A stretch of DNA of 64,000 bases, taken from NCBI RefSeq assembly GCF_000142905.1, contig NW_013657657.1, positions 310,001-374,000 on the forward strand, given 5' to 3'. The notes beneath the pieces were generated by a model, which worked only from the letters and a program-made list of their open reading frames with translations, did not search any database and was not told the origin of the DNA. Positions within the stretch are counted from its first letter, which is position 1; each line of letters starts with the position of its first letter. This stretch comes from Thecamonas trahens ATCC 50062. Lineage: Eukaryota > Protista > Apusomonadida. A program made the translations under genes and the position numbers. Shown in pieces: positions 42,596 through 52,880 of this stretch.

Positions 42596-44929
42596 ATGAC
42601 CTCCCGGCTGGAGGCGGCCTTCCGCGAGCTGGACGCTCGGGAGGCTGCGCTGGCTGCCTTCTACTCGCCCAACCCGTCGCCGGCTCCAACTGCGGCGCAC
42701 GCTCCTCCGGCTAGGACGCCGGCGGCGAGTCCAGGAGCCGACCTCCTCACTCTGCCCGAGCCGCTGCCGGCCATCGGCGCCGAGGGCTCGTTCCTCCGCG
42801 ACGGGTCGACGGCCGATGCGTACGTGGTGCCACGGGCGACGTCGCGGAGCAGACACCGCTTTGCCCGCATGCTGGCCGAAGATAGCCTTTCCGCCGCCGT
42901 GTCGAGCGAGAACCCGCTGGCGGCCGTTCAGCTCCGCGAGCACAAGCTGCTCATCCGCGACTGCCCGCCCGTCACCATCGTCCACGGCTTCTTTGCCTCG
43001 CCCTTTGACGACCTCGCCAACAACCCGTTTTCGCTGACAGACTCGCCCGCCCGCGCCCGCGCCCTGCAGCGCGGCGACGGCAGCGGAAGCGACTCGGATA
43101 GCAACGACAATGACGGCGACCGCCGCTCGCGCAGCCCGCTGGACATTGATCCGCTCTTTCGCACTCCGGCGCAGAAGCGCGAAGCGTTCGACGCAAAGTA
43201 TGCCGCCCGGCGGAGCGGTGCCAAGTCAGCGCCGCGGCCGCGATCGCAAGCTGCTGTCCGCCGCCGGCCTGCCAGTCGCGCTGCCCGCCAGCTCCGCAGC
43301 AGTCGTGGCCGCCACCCGCGGGCCAAGTCGTCGCTCGGCCACAGACCGCCATCACGCGGTAGCGCCACGTTCATCACGGCGCCTGGCGCCGGCGGATCTC
43401 CAGCGCCCGACGTCCACAAGCCCTTTCTCCATGATCCACTTGCAACTGGCTACCGCCCGCCGTACGCGACGAGGACGCTCCGCGAGGTTGTTCTCGACGA
43501 GGAGGCCGATCAGCGGCACCGCGACTTTGACCAGCTGTTTGTCACTGCAGACTCGGCTAAGCGCGACTGGCTCCGGCCGGCCTCGCGTGCCCTGCCTGAC
43601 GCCTCGGCATCACTTCGCCGCACCTGTCCTGTGCCCGAGTCGTCGGAGGAGCACTCGCCGACAGTGTACTCGCCCGCGACGCCGGCATCACCGTCGCTGC
43701 GGCGACTGCGGTCAGACGCGCTCAACACCTCCGAGTCGCTGGCCTCGGTCGGGACAACAAGCTCGGAACTTGACGCCACGCTCGTTTCCATGCCGGCCTC
43801 GCCGCAGTGGCAAGTCCGTACCGTTGTCGGCGTCGAGGCTGTGGCGCAGTCGTCGGCAGCCGAAATCGACAAGGAGCTCGCGGCGCGCAAGCTCCAGTTG
43901 CACACCGCCATCAGGGAGGCTTTCCATGGTGGGTCTCTCGCCCGCAAGACCTACGCAGGTATTCGAGTCGATGAGCTCTTCTCGAAAGTCGCCACCGAGC
44001 ATTTGCACGCCCAAAACAAGACCAAGTTCAAGTCGGCAGCCCACAAGCTGCTCCAACGGCAGCGCGCTCGCCGCGGCTCGGTCAATCTCAAGCGCCCTCC
44101 AGCCCTCGACTCATCGCCGCTTCGTCCGCTTGCTCCGCTCTCACTCCGCACCCGCTCCGACTCGGAATCGGCGCTGGCCGCCGTGAATGCGCTCGACTCG
44201 GACGACCTAGCTGTCGATTCGACGATTAAGGCCGAGGCCGATGACAACGCAGCTATCGATACCAACGCGCTCCGCAGGTCGTCTATGATGGCGGCCACGT
44301 TCTCCAACTCGTCGATCGAAAAGCTCAAGCAGCGCCGGAACTCGAGTCGTCGCGGCTCGACGGCGGCGGCTATGGTGGCCTCGGGCGTGTGGTCGATCGA
44401 CATCCAGCTCCTCTCGCCGCACCTGGCCGGCCTCCGCGCCGAGGCGAGCGAGAGCGGCCCGCGCGATCTTGTTTTCGCGCTCGACGTTGCGGCCACACCG
44501 CCGTCTCTCCACGACGCCGGGTTGTACTCGTTCCGAATCATGGCCACGTCGCAGATGGAGCTCACCACCACGGTGTTCTCGGTCGAGGTTGTCGACGACG
44601 ACACCCGGTCGCGGACCATCATGCGCCCGCTTGGCTACAACCCGGCCAACTCGCTCCTTGTCCTCCCGCAAACCAAGGCGACACTCTTGAGCTTGCCAGA
44701 CCTCCTCCCGTGGGTCACCACGCCGGCGCAGCTGTTCGGCCGGCGGATCCAGCTCCGCATCTATGCGCAGCCGCCGTCGGCGCGCCGCGGCTCAGTGGCG
44801 GCCGCCACCCTCGCGTCGCTCAGAGGCGGGTCCGACAGCAACTTTGGCAGCGCCGCCACCACGAGCCCCAGCGGAGCGCGACTTGTCTTTGAGGCTGGCC
44901 TCCTATTTGTGCCGTCATCGCAAGCGTAA
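42596..44929 (+). CDS. Hypothetical protein, largely disordered and Ser/Arg-rich, with a beta-rich C-terminal region
   Basis: Long ORF (777 aa from ATG 42596) with coding-type codon bias and multiple RRxS motifs. No recognisable family. Confidence 0.7.
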   Translation: MTSRLEAAFRELDAREAALAAFYSPNPSPAPTAAHAPPARTPAASPGADLLTLPEPLPAIGAEGSFLRDGSTADAYVVPRATSRSRHRFARMLAEDSLSAAVSSENPLAAVQLREHKLLIRDCPPVTIVHGFFASPFDDLANNPFSLTDSPARARALQRGDGSGSDSDSNDNDGDRRSRSPLDIDPLFRTPAQKREAFDAKYAARRSGAKSAPRPRSQAAVRRRPASRAARQLRSSRGRHPRAKSSLGHRPPSRGSATFITAPGAGGSPAPDVHKPFLHDPLATGYRPPYATRTLREVVLDEEADQRHRDFDQLFVTADSAKRDWLRPASRALPDASASLRRTCPVPESSEEHSPTVYSPATPASPSLRRLRSDALNTSESLASVGTTSSELDATLVSMPASPQWQVRTVVGVEAVAQSSAAEIDKELAARKLQLHTAIREAFHGGSLARKTYAGIRVDELFSKVATEHLHAQNKTKFKSAAHKLLQRQRARRGSVNLKRPPALDSSPLRPLAPLSLRTRSDSESALAAVNALDSDDLAVDSTIKAEADDNAAIDTNALRRSSMMAATFSNSSIEKLKQRRNSSRRGSTAAAMVASGVWSIDIQLLSPHLAGLRAEASESGPRDLVFALDVAATPPSLHDAGLYSFRIMATSQMELTTTVFSVEVVDDDTRSRTIMRPLGYNPANSLLVLPQTKATLLSLPDLLPWVTTPAQLFGRRIQLRIYAQPPSARRGSVAAATLASLRGGSDSNFGSAATTSPSGARLVFEAGLLFVPSSQA

Positions 44930-44961
44930 AGCCGCACACAGTACGCGTTTATCGAGTTGTA

Positions 44962-45807
44962 TCACGACAGCAGCGGGACGAGGGCGGCGGCGCGTTCCTG
45001 GGCGACCGCGACGCACTGGGCAATGGCATCGAGGCTCAGCGGAGCCTTGCCTGTCTTGACGGTGGCGAGAACGTTGCCCGAGTAGCCATCGAGAACAATG
45101 CCGACCTTTGCAGAGAGTAGCACCTCTTCTGAGGCGGTGGGGTCTGCGATGAGGTGCGAGCCAAGGAGGCCAAAGGTGAAGGAGAGCGGGAGGGTGGGCA
45201 CGTTGCGCAGCGTGCCGATGTCCATGGCCCGCGACTCCGCGCCGTCGTTGACATAGACCTGGCCATCTGCGGCGTCGACGTCGACAGCCGGCAGCTCAAA
45301 CGAGGCGAGGGCGGCGACAGCAGCGAGGAGGGCGGCGTCGTCGAGCGAGCCCGAGTCGTCGAGGACGATGACGTCGAGGTAGAGAACCCAGACAGCGACG
45401 CCCGGCTCGATGCACAGCGCATCGAGCGCGACGCCCGATGCGTTGCCGAGGAGCACCTCGTTGAGATGGCGGGTGAGGACCTGGGTCCGGTCCGACGGGC
45501 GCCCGGGCTCAGCGTCGGGCGAACAGAGCGGCGGGAGCTCTGCGTTGACCACCAGCATGCCTGTGGACGGCGCGCCTGCAGCCGGCGGACCAACCTCGGC
45601 CTTGACTCCAGCCATCACTGCAGTCTCGCCCACCCGCACAAGCGCAGAGCCGACCGTTGATGAGGCAAGCACACCGCGGGAGACCGCCGCCGCACGGAAC
45701 TCCAGCAGGCCGCGCCCATCCGGCCGCACCGCCGCCGCCAGGAACTTCTCATGAAAGTCGAGCGGGAGGAGCTTGCGGAACGAGTCTACGTCCAGCTTGG
45801 CCGCCAT
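44962..45807 (-). CDS. EXOSC8: Exosome complex RNase PH-like subunit Rrp43
   Basis: FRKLLPLDFHEKFL..VRPDGRGLLEFR, GSALVRVGETAVMAGVKAE, ELPPLCSP, LCIEPGVAVWVLYLD and IADPTASEE. Confidence 0.9.
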   Translation of the reverse strand: MAAKLDVDSFRKLLPLDFHEKFLAAAVRPDGRGLLEFRAAAVSRGVLASSTVGSALVRVGETAVMAGVKAEVGPPAAGAPSTGMLVVNAELPPLCSPDAEPGRPSDRTQVLTRHLNEVLLGNASGVALDALCIEPGVAVWVLYLDVIVLDDSGSLDDAALLAAVAALASFELPAVDVDAADGQVYVNDGAESRAMDIGTLRNVPTLPLSFTFGLLGSHLIADPTASEEVLLSAKVGIVLDGYSGNVLATVKTGKAPLSLDAIAQCVAVAQERAAALVPLLS

Positions 45808-47462
45808 GTTTGTGTGTGGTGTGGGTGGGTGGCGAGGGGAGGGTGAGGTGGCGTGTGGGAGGGGGAGGGGGAGGGGCAGGCGGCAGGGAGGATGACCTGT
45901 GATGGGTGGCGGTGGCAGAGGAAGGGGGATCGGGCCAGTGGGTGGTGGCCGGAGGCAGGCGGGCTGAGCTTGGCTCAGCCACCAGTTGCTGGCAGGCGGC
46001 AGGCGGTGGGGGATCGGGATGGGGATGGTGGTAGATGACTAGAAGGCGGTTCAGTGGGAGGAGGGGGGGGATGGGGATGGAGGTGGGGATGCGGGTGGGA
46101 CGGTCCACCCAATCCATGGCCAAGCCAGATCCGATCCTGACCCCTTCCCGACCCCACTAGCCCAGCCAGTGCCAAGAGGAGACAAATCAACTCGTGGCGC
46201 TGCTGCTCGCTGCAGCCGATCGACCACCAAAGCCCTTGTGTTGCTGCTTGCGGGTCAGGCAACGCTGCTGTCATCGGAGCCTGAACTCTTAAATATCCCC
46301 CAAAGTCACCAAAACCCCAACGTCGTCACACCCGCTCGGCAGCCCCTCCTCCCATCGCCCAGGCGGCATGCACTCACTCGCAGCCCACATGCCCTTATTT
46401 ACAGCGCTGCTCGCAGGCAGTCGAGCGCACGTTCCATTTGATGGATGCGTTCGACGACAAGGCTGTGGTGATGCGGGATGTTGCACGGCCAGTGGGGAAA
46501 ATGGGCGGCACTTTCGGCATTGGTGGCACCAAGTCGATGTTAAAAACCACAGGTCGACACAGGAAGGAGGGGGGTGGTGTCGGAGCCCAGCCGAGGGGGG
46601 CACCACCTCCACCGCCCTGTACAGCCGGTCCCAGGACTCTAGAGGAGCAAGAAGAGTACTTTTAGCAACCGCTCACACACGGCAACCCCACACGCTCGTC
46701 CCAAAGCCCGTAAAGGCTCCCACTAGCCCACTCGCACCTCGGCGGCCAGCCCGCCGTAGGCAGCAGGTCCATTCTCCCCCCCCCCCCCCTTGCGTCCATT
46801 GCGAATTTTTTGGGCCTTCTCGAATTGCCAGCAGCAGTCGGGCAGAGGCAGGGGAGGGGACCGACAGAGCGCCGCCGGGAAGGGGGGTACGGCCTCCGTC
46901 AAGCCTAGTCAGACAGCTCTTGTCTTGCCTGAGAACCAAGACGAGTGCCCTCAGAGCTAGCAACCAAGCGCAACCGTGCTTGCCTCCTCCTGGCTCCCTC
47001 CGTCCCTTACACCCCCCCCACCCCCCCCCACTCCCACACACACACCCCTCCCCTCTCTTCCCGCCCTCGCTCCTGCCTCGCGCCGACCCCCCCCCGCCGC
47101 TGCACCCCCCCCCCCCCTCGTCCCCCCAACCTTTCCCTCGCGGCGTGGTTCTGCACCGCCCGCTTGCACCCTGCACCAACACCCCGCAGGTCGTGCACAG
47201 TGGTAGAAGTGCTTAACGCAGTCTAGTCTCTCGTCCAGGGCCCGGTCGAGGCAGCACTCTATCCCCTCCGTCCCCGTCCCCGTTTCCCTCGCCGAGGCAG
47301 GGCCAACTCAGCGGCTAACGACGGTCAGACGAGGCAGGCCGACAGACTCTTGGACACCTGGTGACTAGACCACCGACAAGTCCAAGTCCAAGTCCAAGTC
47401 CAAGGTCAACGGCTTCACCAACACCAAGGCAAACGCCAAGACCTACGCCAGCGCCAACGGTC

Positions 47463-48928
47463 ATGAACAGGAGCAACTCCGATGCGCTCGGAGGCGACCA
47501 GGCAACCAGCTCACGCAGCGGTCTGCCGCTCATCATGCCCAGCTTGCCGAGTTCGGCAAGCACGGCAAGTTCGGCTGGTATGGCAAGCTCGCTGGGGGAA
47601 AGTGGCGGCAACGCCCGTCGGTCACTTATTGTCCCGCGCGCTGGAGCGCTGCGTGGCGGGGCAGAGGGCGACAGTGCCTCTGCACCCGCTGCTAGCACAG
47701 GAAGTAGCTCGGGTGGGCTCGGCTTTGCGCCGCCGCCTGATGGCGAACAAAAGCCAGCGACCATGATGGTGGTGTGCCGGCACGTCGGCTGCGAGTTTCA
47801 GCCCAAGTTCCGCAACTTTGGCGAGCTCAAGAGCCGGCTCCTCCGCCACGAGCGGTCGATCACCATCCACGACGACCACTTTCGGCAGCACCACGATGAT
47901 TGCCCCACGTGTGAGGAGCTCATCCGCCAGGGCGTGTGGTGCGCCGATGGGTCGACCAACTTTAGTGGCGGCGTCGGGCGCGATGCCTGTCGCCACGAAG
48001 GCTGCAACTGGATGACGAGGGCAGTAACCCACTGGAAGCGCAACGAGGCGCGGCTCCGGCACGAACGCTCAATCTCGGCCCACCTTTCCCACGTCCAGGC
48101 CTCGACCGAAGTGCTCGACTCGGAAGAGTGCTGTGCCACCTGCGCCGCCCTGTTTGCCTCCGAGGTGTGGGCGCTCAACCCGCTCCGTTGCACGGTGACC
48201 GGCCCGCCGAGCCGCGGCGCAGGCAAGGCCGGCGACACCTTTGTCGACCTCGTCGACCCGCCCGAGCTCACGGACTTTGTCGTTCCGAAGCTTGCCCGCG
48301 GCGCCGCCCACGGCGACCCGCCGGCGCCGGGCATGGTGGCCTCGCTCGAGGAGCTGCGCCACCACTTTGTGCGCCCGAAGCGGTCGTCAAGCAAGAAGCG
48401 CAAGGCTCCCAAGGCTCCCCGCCGCGCAAAATCCAAGATGCGCAAGATCATCTCTGGTGCTGCCCGCCGCCTCGATGCCGACAAGGCTGAGGACGGCTCG
48501 CCGAGCGAGGCCGCTCTCCATGTTGTTGCCACCAATCAGCGCACCGCAGGCCTGCTCTGCACCGTCTTTGGACTCCTGGTCTCGTCGGGCACCCTCACTC
48601 TCGAGCCCGTCCGCGCCCTTGTCTTTCAGCTCGTTCGCATCGCCCACGCTTTCCACGCAGAAGAGACCCCGATCACTGCCCAGCTCGACCTGCACTACGT
48701 CTCCATCGTCTCGCCCATCGTTTTGAACGCCGAGGCCGCGTTCAAGCAGGTCCCAGCCCTCGCCCAAGTGTGGAAGGGCATGACCAACTGCCTCGACCAG
48801 ATTGCTCTCGTGCACTCTCTTCACGAGTCGAACGAGGCTCCGGCAGGCCTCGCTCATGCCATCCCCGTACCCGGCACGACGTCGGTGCCGGTAGGCGAGG
48901 CAGCCATCGTCAACGGCGACGATGACAG

Positions 48929-49014
<86 letters not shown>

Positions 49015-49145
49015 CCGCCTCACAGGTGTCTGGTGATGATGATGCGAACGCTCTTATCGCCACCGACGACGATGACGGCGGTATGGCGGCCATGATCGAG
49101 GCCGCCGCTGACCTTCCGCCCGTGCCCGTGGCCGTGGCGGAGTAA
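47463..49145 (+). CDS. Hypothetical nuclear protein with two Cys/His-rich repeats, a basic NLS and a poly-Asn tract
   Basis: Repeats CRHxGC..RHERSI..H..H..CxxC..VW, then KRSSSKKRKAPK. The start is uncertain. Confidence 0.7.
48930..49013 (+). repeat. (AAC)n coding microsatellite (poly-Asn)
   Basis: Seen directly. Confidence 0.95.
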
Positions 49146-49179
49146 ATGACTAACCGACTGGTGGCTTCTCCCAGCGGTT

Positions 49180-52100
49180 TTACTTGCGCGGCCGCCGTGG
49201 CTCGAGCTCAAGAGAGAGCTCGTACGCGTCGTCGGCAGAGAGCAGTGCGTGCGGCGAAGCCGGTGCAAGGATGTCCGGGTCGAGGAGGAGGACAAGCCGC
49301 GCAAGAACGGCTGCGGTTGCCTGCGGATTAGGTGCGGCTCGGACCAGCGGCGCCAGCCGCGGCAGATCCGACACTGGCCGCGCTGCAGGCGTCGGAAGCT
49401 GAGGGACTCGGCTCCGTGGGACACCGGCCCACTCGCAGAATCGGTCCTGGTGACCGATGAGCTCCTCGTGGACAGCCGAAAGGAGACGCCACTTGCGGAC
49501 GTTGATGAGCCGGAGTGCACCACACGCCGACGGCAAGTACGTCGGGTTGCCGTCGTCGATCATCGTCAGGTCCGTGAGGAACATCCCGAGGTACGGGACC
49601 GGCGGGTGGTCGAGGTCCGAGATGGCTAGCGCCTCGCGAAGGTACTTGTACGACTTGGCCTGCCCCGTCAGCGTCTTGAGAACCTCGTGCTTGGCTATTG
49701 CCACCTTGGGGACCAGCGCCCACGCCTTGCGGGTCCGCTTGACTTCGGACGCCGAGAGCCCAGCCACCACCTCCATCACGCCCGAGTAGTTGCCGAGCAG
49801 CCGAAGCTCGTCAGCGAGCTCGATAAACTTGGTGAGCACTCCGCCGCGCGCCTTGGCTGACGACTTGTGCGAGAGCGCGGCCGAGACCACCCACCGTGAG
49901 AGCGCGTTGAACAGGCCGATGAGCAGCATGACGTTGGGCGCCGCAGTCTCGCGTCCGGGCTTCGACCACGCCAAACCTGCAAGCTCGCCGTGGACGTCGA
50001 CCCGGGTGAAGAGCACGCCCTCGAGTATCGTCAGCGCATACGCCACGGTCGGCGGGTCAAACTCGTCCAATAGGCCGAGCAGCTGCGCCCGCGACGTTGC
50101 GTCGAGGCCCGGCGGCTGGAGCCCGTACTCGGGCCAGAGACCGACCGTGTGCGCAACAAGGTCAAACCGCGACGGCGGGAGCGACGCGTCAACTGCATCG
50201 AGCGCCGCCGAGAGCCGAGCCGCCAGCGGCACGAGCCGAGCCGCCTGCAGCTCGCCCACAAGCTCGTCGAGAGAGGTCCGGATCGGGCCTTCCTTGAGGT
50301 ACTCGGGCGCCTGAGCACCCCACTCGGCCATGAGGCTCACCACGTGCTTGATGGAAAACATGTCCGAGACCGCAACCGCCGGCGCGGCCGGGTCGCCCTC
50401 AGGCGGCGCAGCCTGTGCCAGTGTGTCAAAGACCGGGCCAAGAACCTCGCGCCGGACTTCGGCCACGTCGACAAACGCGGTGCACGACCGGAAGAAGGCG
50501 GCCGCAAAGAACCGGTCGACCGCCACGTTGTACTTGATGTCGAGCAAGAGTGCCACAAGCGCTGTCGATGAGCCAGCAATGATCCGGCCGGCCTCGTCGA
50601 TGAGGTACTCGTTGTCCGGGAGCGGGACAAGGGCGTCCGGGACCGGCGGCTCGCCTGCGCTCCCATTCCCGCTCCCGCCGCGAGCTGCCATTAGCGACGA
50701 GATCGAGCGCGGGCGTGTCCGTCGCGACGGCGACCCAACTTCGACCACTCCTGCGCGCCTCAAACGGGCCTCGAGCGCCCGCTGCTGCGGGGTCGACGAC
50801 CGTGACGGGGACGCCGGCGACGACGGGGACCTCGGCGTCGTCGGCGGCTCGGCAGCGTCGGGCGAGGCCGTCGACGAGCCATCTCCGCCGCCAGCCGGAA
50901 ACTCGATGTTGCCGAGGATGTCGTTGAGCGCCGATGCCGAGTGTGAGCGCTGGCGGTTGGTCCCCCGTATCGACGAGCGCCGTCGCCGGCGCGGCATCCG
51001 CCGCGCAGCAACACTTGTCACTTCAGGCGCATCCTCGGACTGAGGCTGAGGTTCGTCCGCCGCTCCCGCCGGCTCCTCCATGACAACGGCGATGGCTTTG
51101 CGCAGCCGCTCGTCGAGCGGCGTTGCCCGACGCGGGCGCGCAGGCACCAGCGGTGGCTGCGGCCCAACTCCGAGAGTGAACCGCTTCGGCCGTGGCGGGC
51201 GCTGTGGTGCGTGGACCGTGACTGACGCTGCGCGGATGCGGCGGGTCTCGGCAGCAAGGCCGCGACGGGTGGTGGGCTCGGCTGCCGACTTGCGGCGTGA
51301 TCGCGGCGGGAGCGACGGTGGCAGCAGCTCATCGCTCGTAGCTGACGGGCCAGCTGGTGCCTCGGCCGGCACAGTGTGGATGTGCGCGACCGACGCACGC
51401 CGCGAGGCCGTCGCCGCCGCCAACGCGTCGATTAGCTGGTTGAGCGTGGCCACAAAGACGGACCATGAGTAGGCTGGGAGCTGCGCGGCGAGCCCGCCGT
51501 GGGCCACAAGCTCGACTCGAGTCAGCGCGTCGAGATGCAGCCGAAAGTGAAAGGGTGTCGCCCCGGGATCCGACAGCGGCTGAACTCGAGTAGCGATATT
51601 GAAGGGAAAGACGCCAAGGCGCTCGGCAGCCGGAGCATACGACTCGGTGCAGGCAATGGACGAGTTGGAGAGCGAGAGGGAGACATGGCCGCGTCCGCCG
51701 GCATCGTCAAACACAAACTGGAAGGGATCCGCTAAGATGGCGGCGTTGACCGCCCTTGCCAGCCTGTCGCCGAGCTCAACCGGGCCCGGCGCGGCGACAA
51801 CCAGCGGCTCGAGCTCGGACTCGTTGTAGTTGTCACCCGAGGACGGCCCGCCGAGCGAGACCGAGGCATGCGGGATGAGGCCGACGTCGATGACAGTCGG
51901 AATGTACGACTCGCCGACGGCCACGTTGTATCTCGGTCTCAAGCGGGCCGCAGCCGGTTTGGCAAGCTGTGGCCCAGAGTGATCCTCGGCCGGCGGCGGG
52001 AGCATGTCCCACACAATCGAGACAGAAGACAGCGGAGCGCCCACGAGCGAGAGCCTCAGCAACAGCGGCGAGTCGACGAGAACATCCGGAAGAGACGGTC

Positions 52101-52464
52101 CGATGAGAGCTGCAGCAGTCGCAGCCGGAGGAGCAGGACCGACTCTCAGACCATGAAGTGAAGCCGAGCGAGCCCAACCCGAGGCGACTGAGCCATCAGG
52201 AGCAACAACAAAGGGCGTGGCTCGGACAGCGAGCGTAGCGCCCAGATCTTGTTCTGTCAACGTGTATCGAGGATCATCGCTAGGAGGACCGACAGCCACG
52301 CCTGTTCGCAGCCAAACAACTTGAAATCCGGCACCAGGTGTGCTTCCTGGTGCGAGGACGGCAACTGCCTTGATTGTCATGCCCACCGCCAGTTCGCTCA
52401 CTCCTTCACCCGTCGCCGCTTCCACCACACTGAGCGAGACAACCTCCACCGGACACGCACTCAT
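49180..52464 (-). CDS. RasGEF (REM + CDC25 domain) with N-terminal Ig-like and PH-like modules
   Basis: IIAGSSTALVALL (REM), then VAYALTILE, APNVMLLIGLFNALSRWV, KFIELADELRLLGNYSGVMEVVAGL, PVPYLGMFLTDLTMIDDGNP and LINVRKW. Confidence 0.9.
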   Translation of the reverse strand: MSACPVEVVSLSVVEAATGEGVSELAVGMTIKAVAVLAPGSTPGAGFQVVWLRTGVAVGPPSDDPRYTLTEQDLGATLAVRATPFVVAPDGSVASGWARSASLHGLRVGPAPPAATAAALIGPSLPDVLVDSPLLLRLSLVGAPLSSVSIVWDMLPPPAEDHSGPQLAKPAAARLRPRYNVAVGESYIPTVIDVGLIPHASVSLGGPSSGDNYNESELEPLVVAAPGPVELGDRLARAVNAAILADPFQFVFDDAGGRGHVSLSLSNSSIACTESYAPAAERLGVFPFNIATRVQPLSDPGATPFHFRLHLDALTRVELVAHGGLAAQLPAYSWSVFVATLNQLIDALAAATASRRASVAHIHTVPAEAPAGPSATSDELLPPSLPPRSRRKSAAEPTTRRGLAAETRRIRAASVTVHAPQRPPRPKRFTLGVGPQPPLVPARPRRATPLDERLRKAIAVVMEEPAGAADEPQPQSEDAPEVTSVAARRMPRRRRRSSIRGTNRQRSHSASALNDILGNIEFPAGGGDGSSTASPDAAEPPTTPRSPSSPASPSRSSTPQQRALEARLRRAGVVEVGSPSRRTRPRSISSLMAARGGSGNGSAGEPPVPDALVPLPDNEYLIDEAGRIIAGSSTALVALLLDIKYNVAVDRFFAAAFFRSCTAFVDVAEVRREVLGPVFDTLAQAAPPEGDPAAPAVAVSDMFSIKHVVSLMAEWGAQAPEYLKEGPIRTSLDELVGELQAARLVPLAARLSAALDAVDASLPPSRFDLVAHTVGLWPEYGLQPPGLDATSRAQLLGLLDEFDPPTVAYALTILEGVLFTRVDVHGELAGLAWSKPGRETAAPNVMLLIGLFNALSRWVVSAALSHKSSAKARGGVLTKFIELADELRLLGNYSGVMEVVAGLSASEVKRTRKAWALVPKVAIAKHEVLKTLTGQAKSYKYLREALAISDLDHPPVPYLGMFLTDLTMIDDGNPTYLPSACGALRLINVRKWRLLSAVHEELIGHQDRFCEWAGVPRSRVPQLPTPAARPVSDLPRLAPLVRAAPNPQATAAVLARLVLLLDPDILAPASPHALLSADDAYELSLELEPRRPRK

Positions 52465-52880
52465 GGCCACACACAGACACAACACACTCTCTCACACACT
52501 CTCTGTACACACTCTGTGTGTGCCTGTCTCTCTCTCTCTCTTGCCCTTCTCTGTCTCGTCCCTCGACTCTGCCTGCTTCTCCTCGGCCTTCCCCTTCCAA
52601 CCGCCTTGTCGTCGGGATGTGAGTGGGGTACCGCCTTCCGGGGAGGGGGTAGAGCGGGGGCAGGGAGGGGAAGCGGCACGTGAACTGGTCGGGGGGTGGG
52701 GGGTGGGGGGTGGGGGGTGGGGTTGAAAAAATTGGTGAAGGGGGGGTGAAGGGGGAGCGGCATTGAATAGGCCGGCGTACGGGCTCGTAGGGACACTAGA
52801 ATGCTAGCGATCACTTGTCTCGCCAACAGCTCGCAGACGCAGACGCAGACGCATCGCTTGTGTCGTCAAGTGTGTGTTGC

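Noticed and set aside
46368-47216. 282-aa and 75-aa ORFs between EXOSC8 and the Cys/His-repeat gene
   Set aside because: Low-complexity C-rich sequence without coding-type codon bias or motifs. More likely promoter, UTR or intron.
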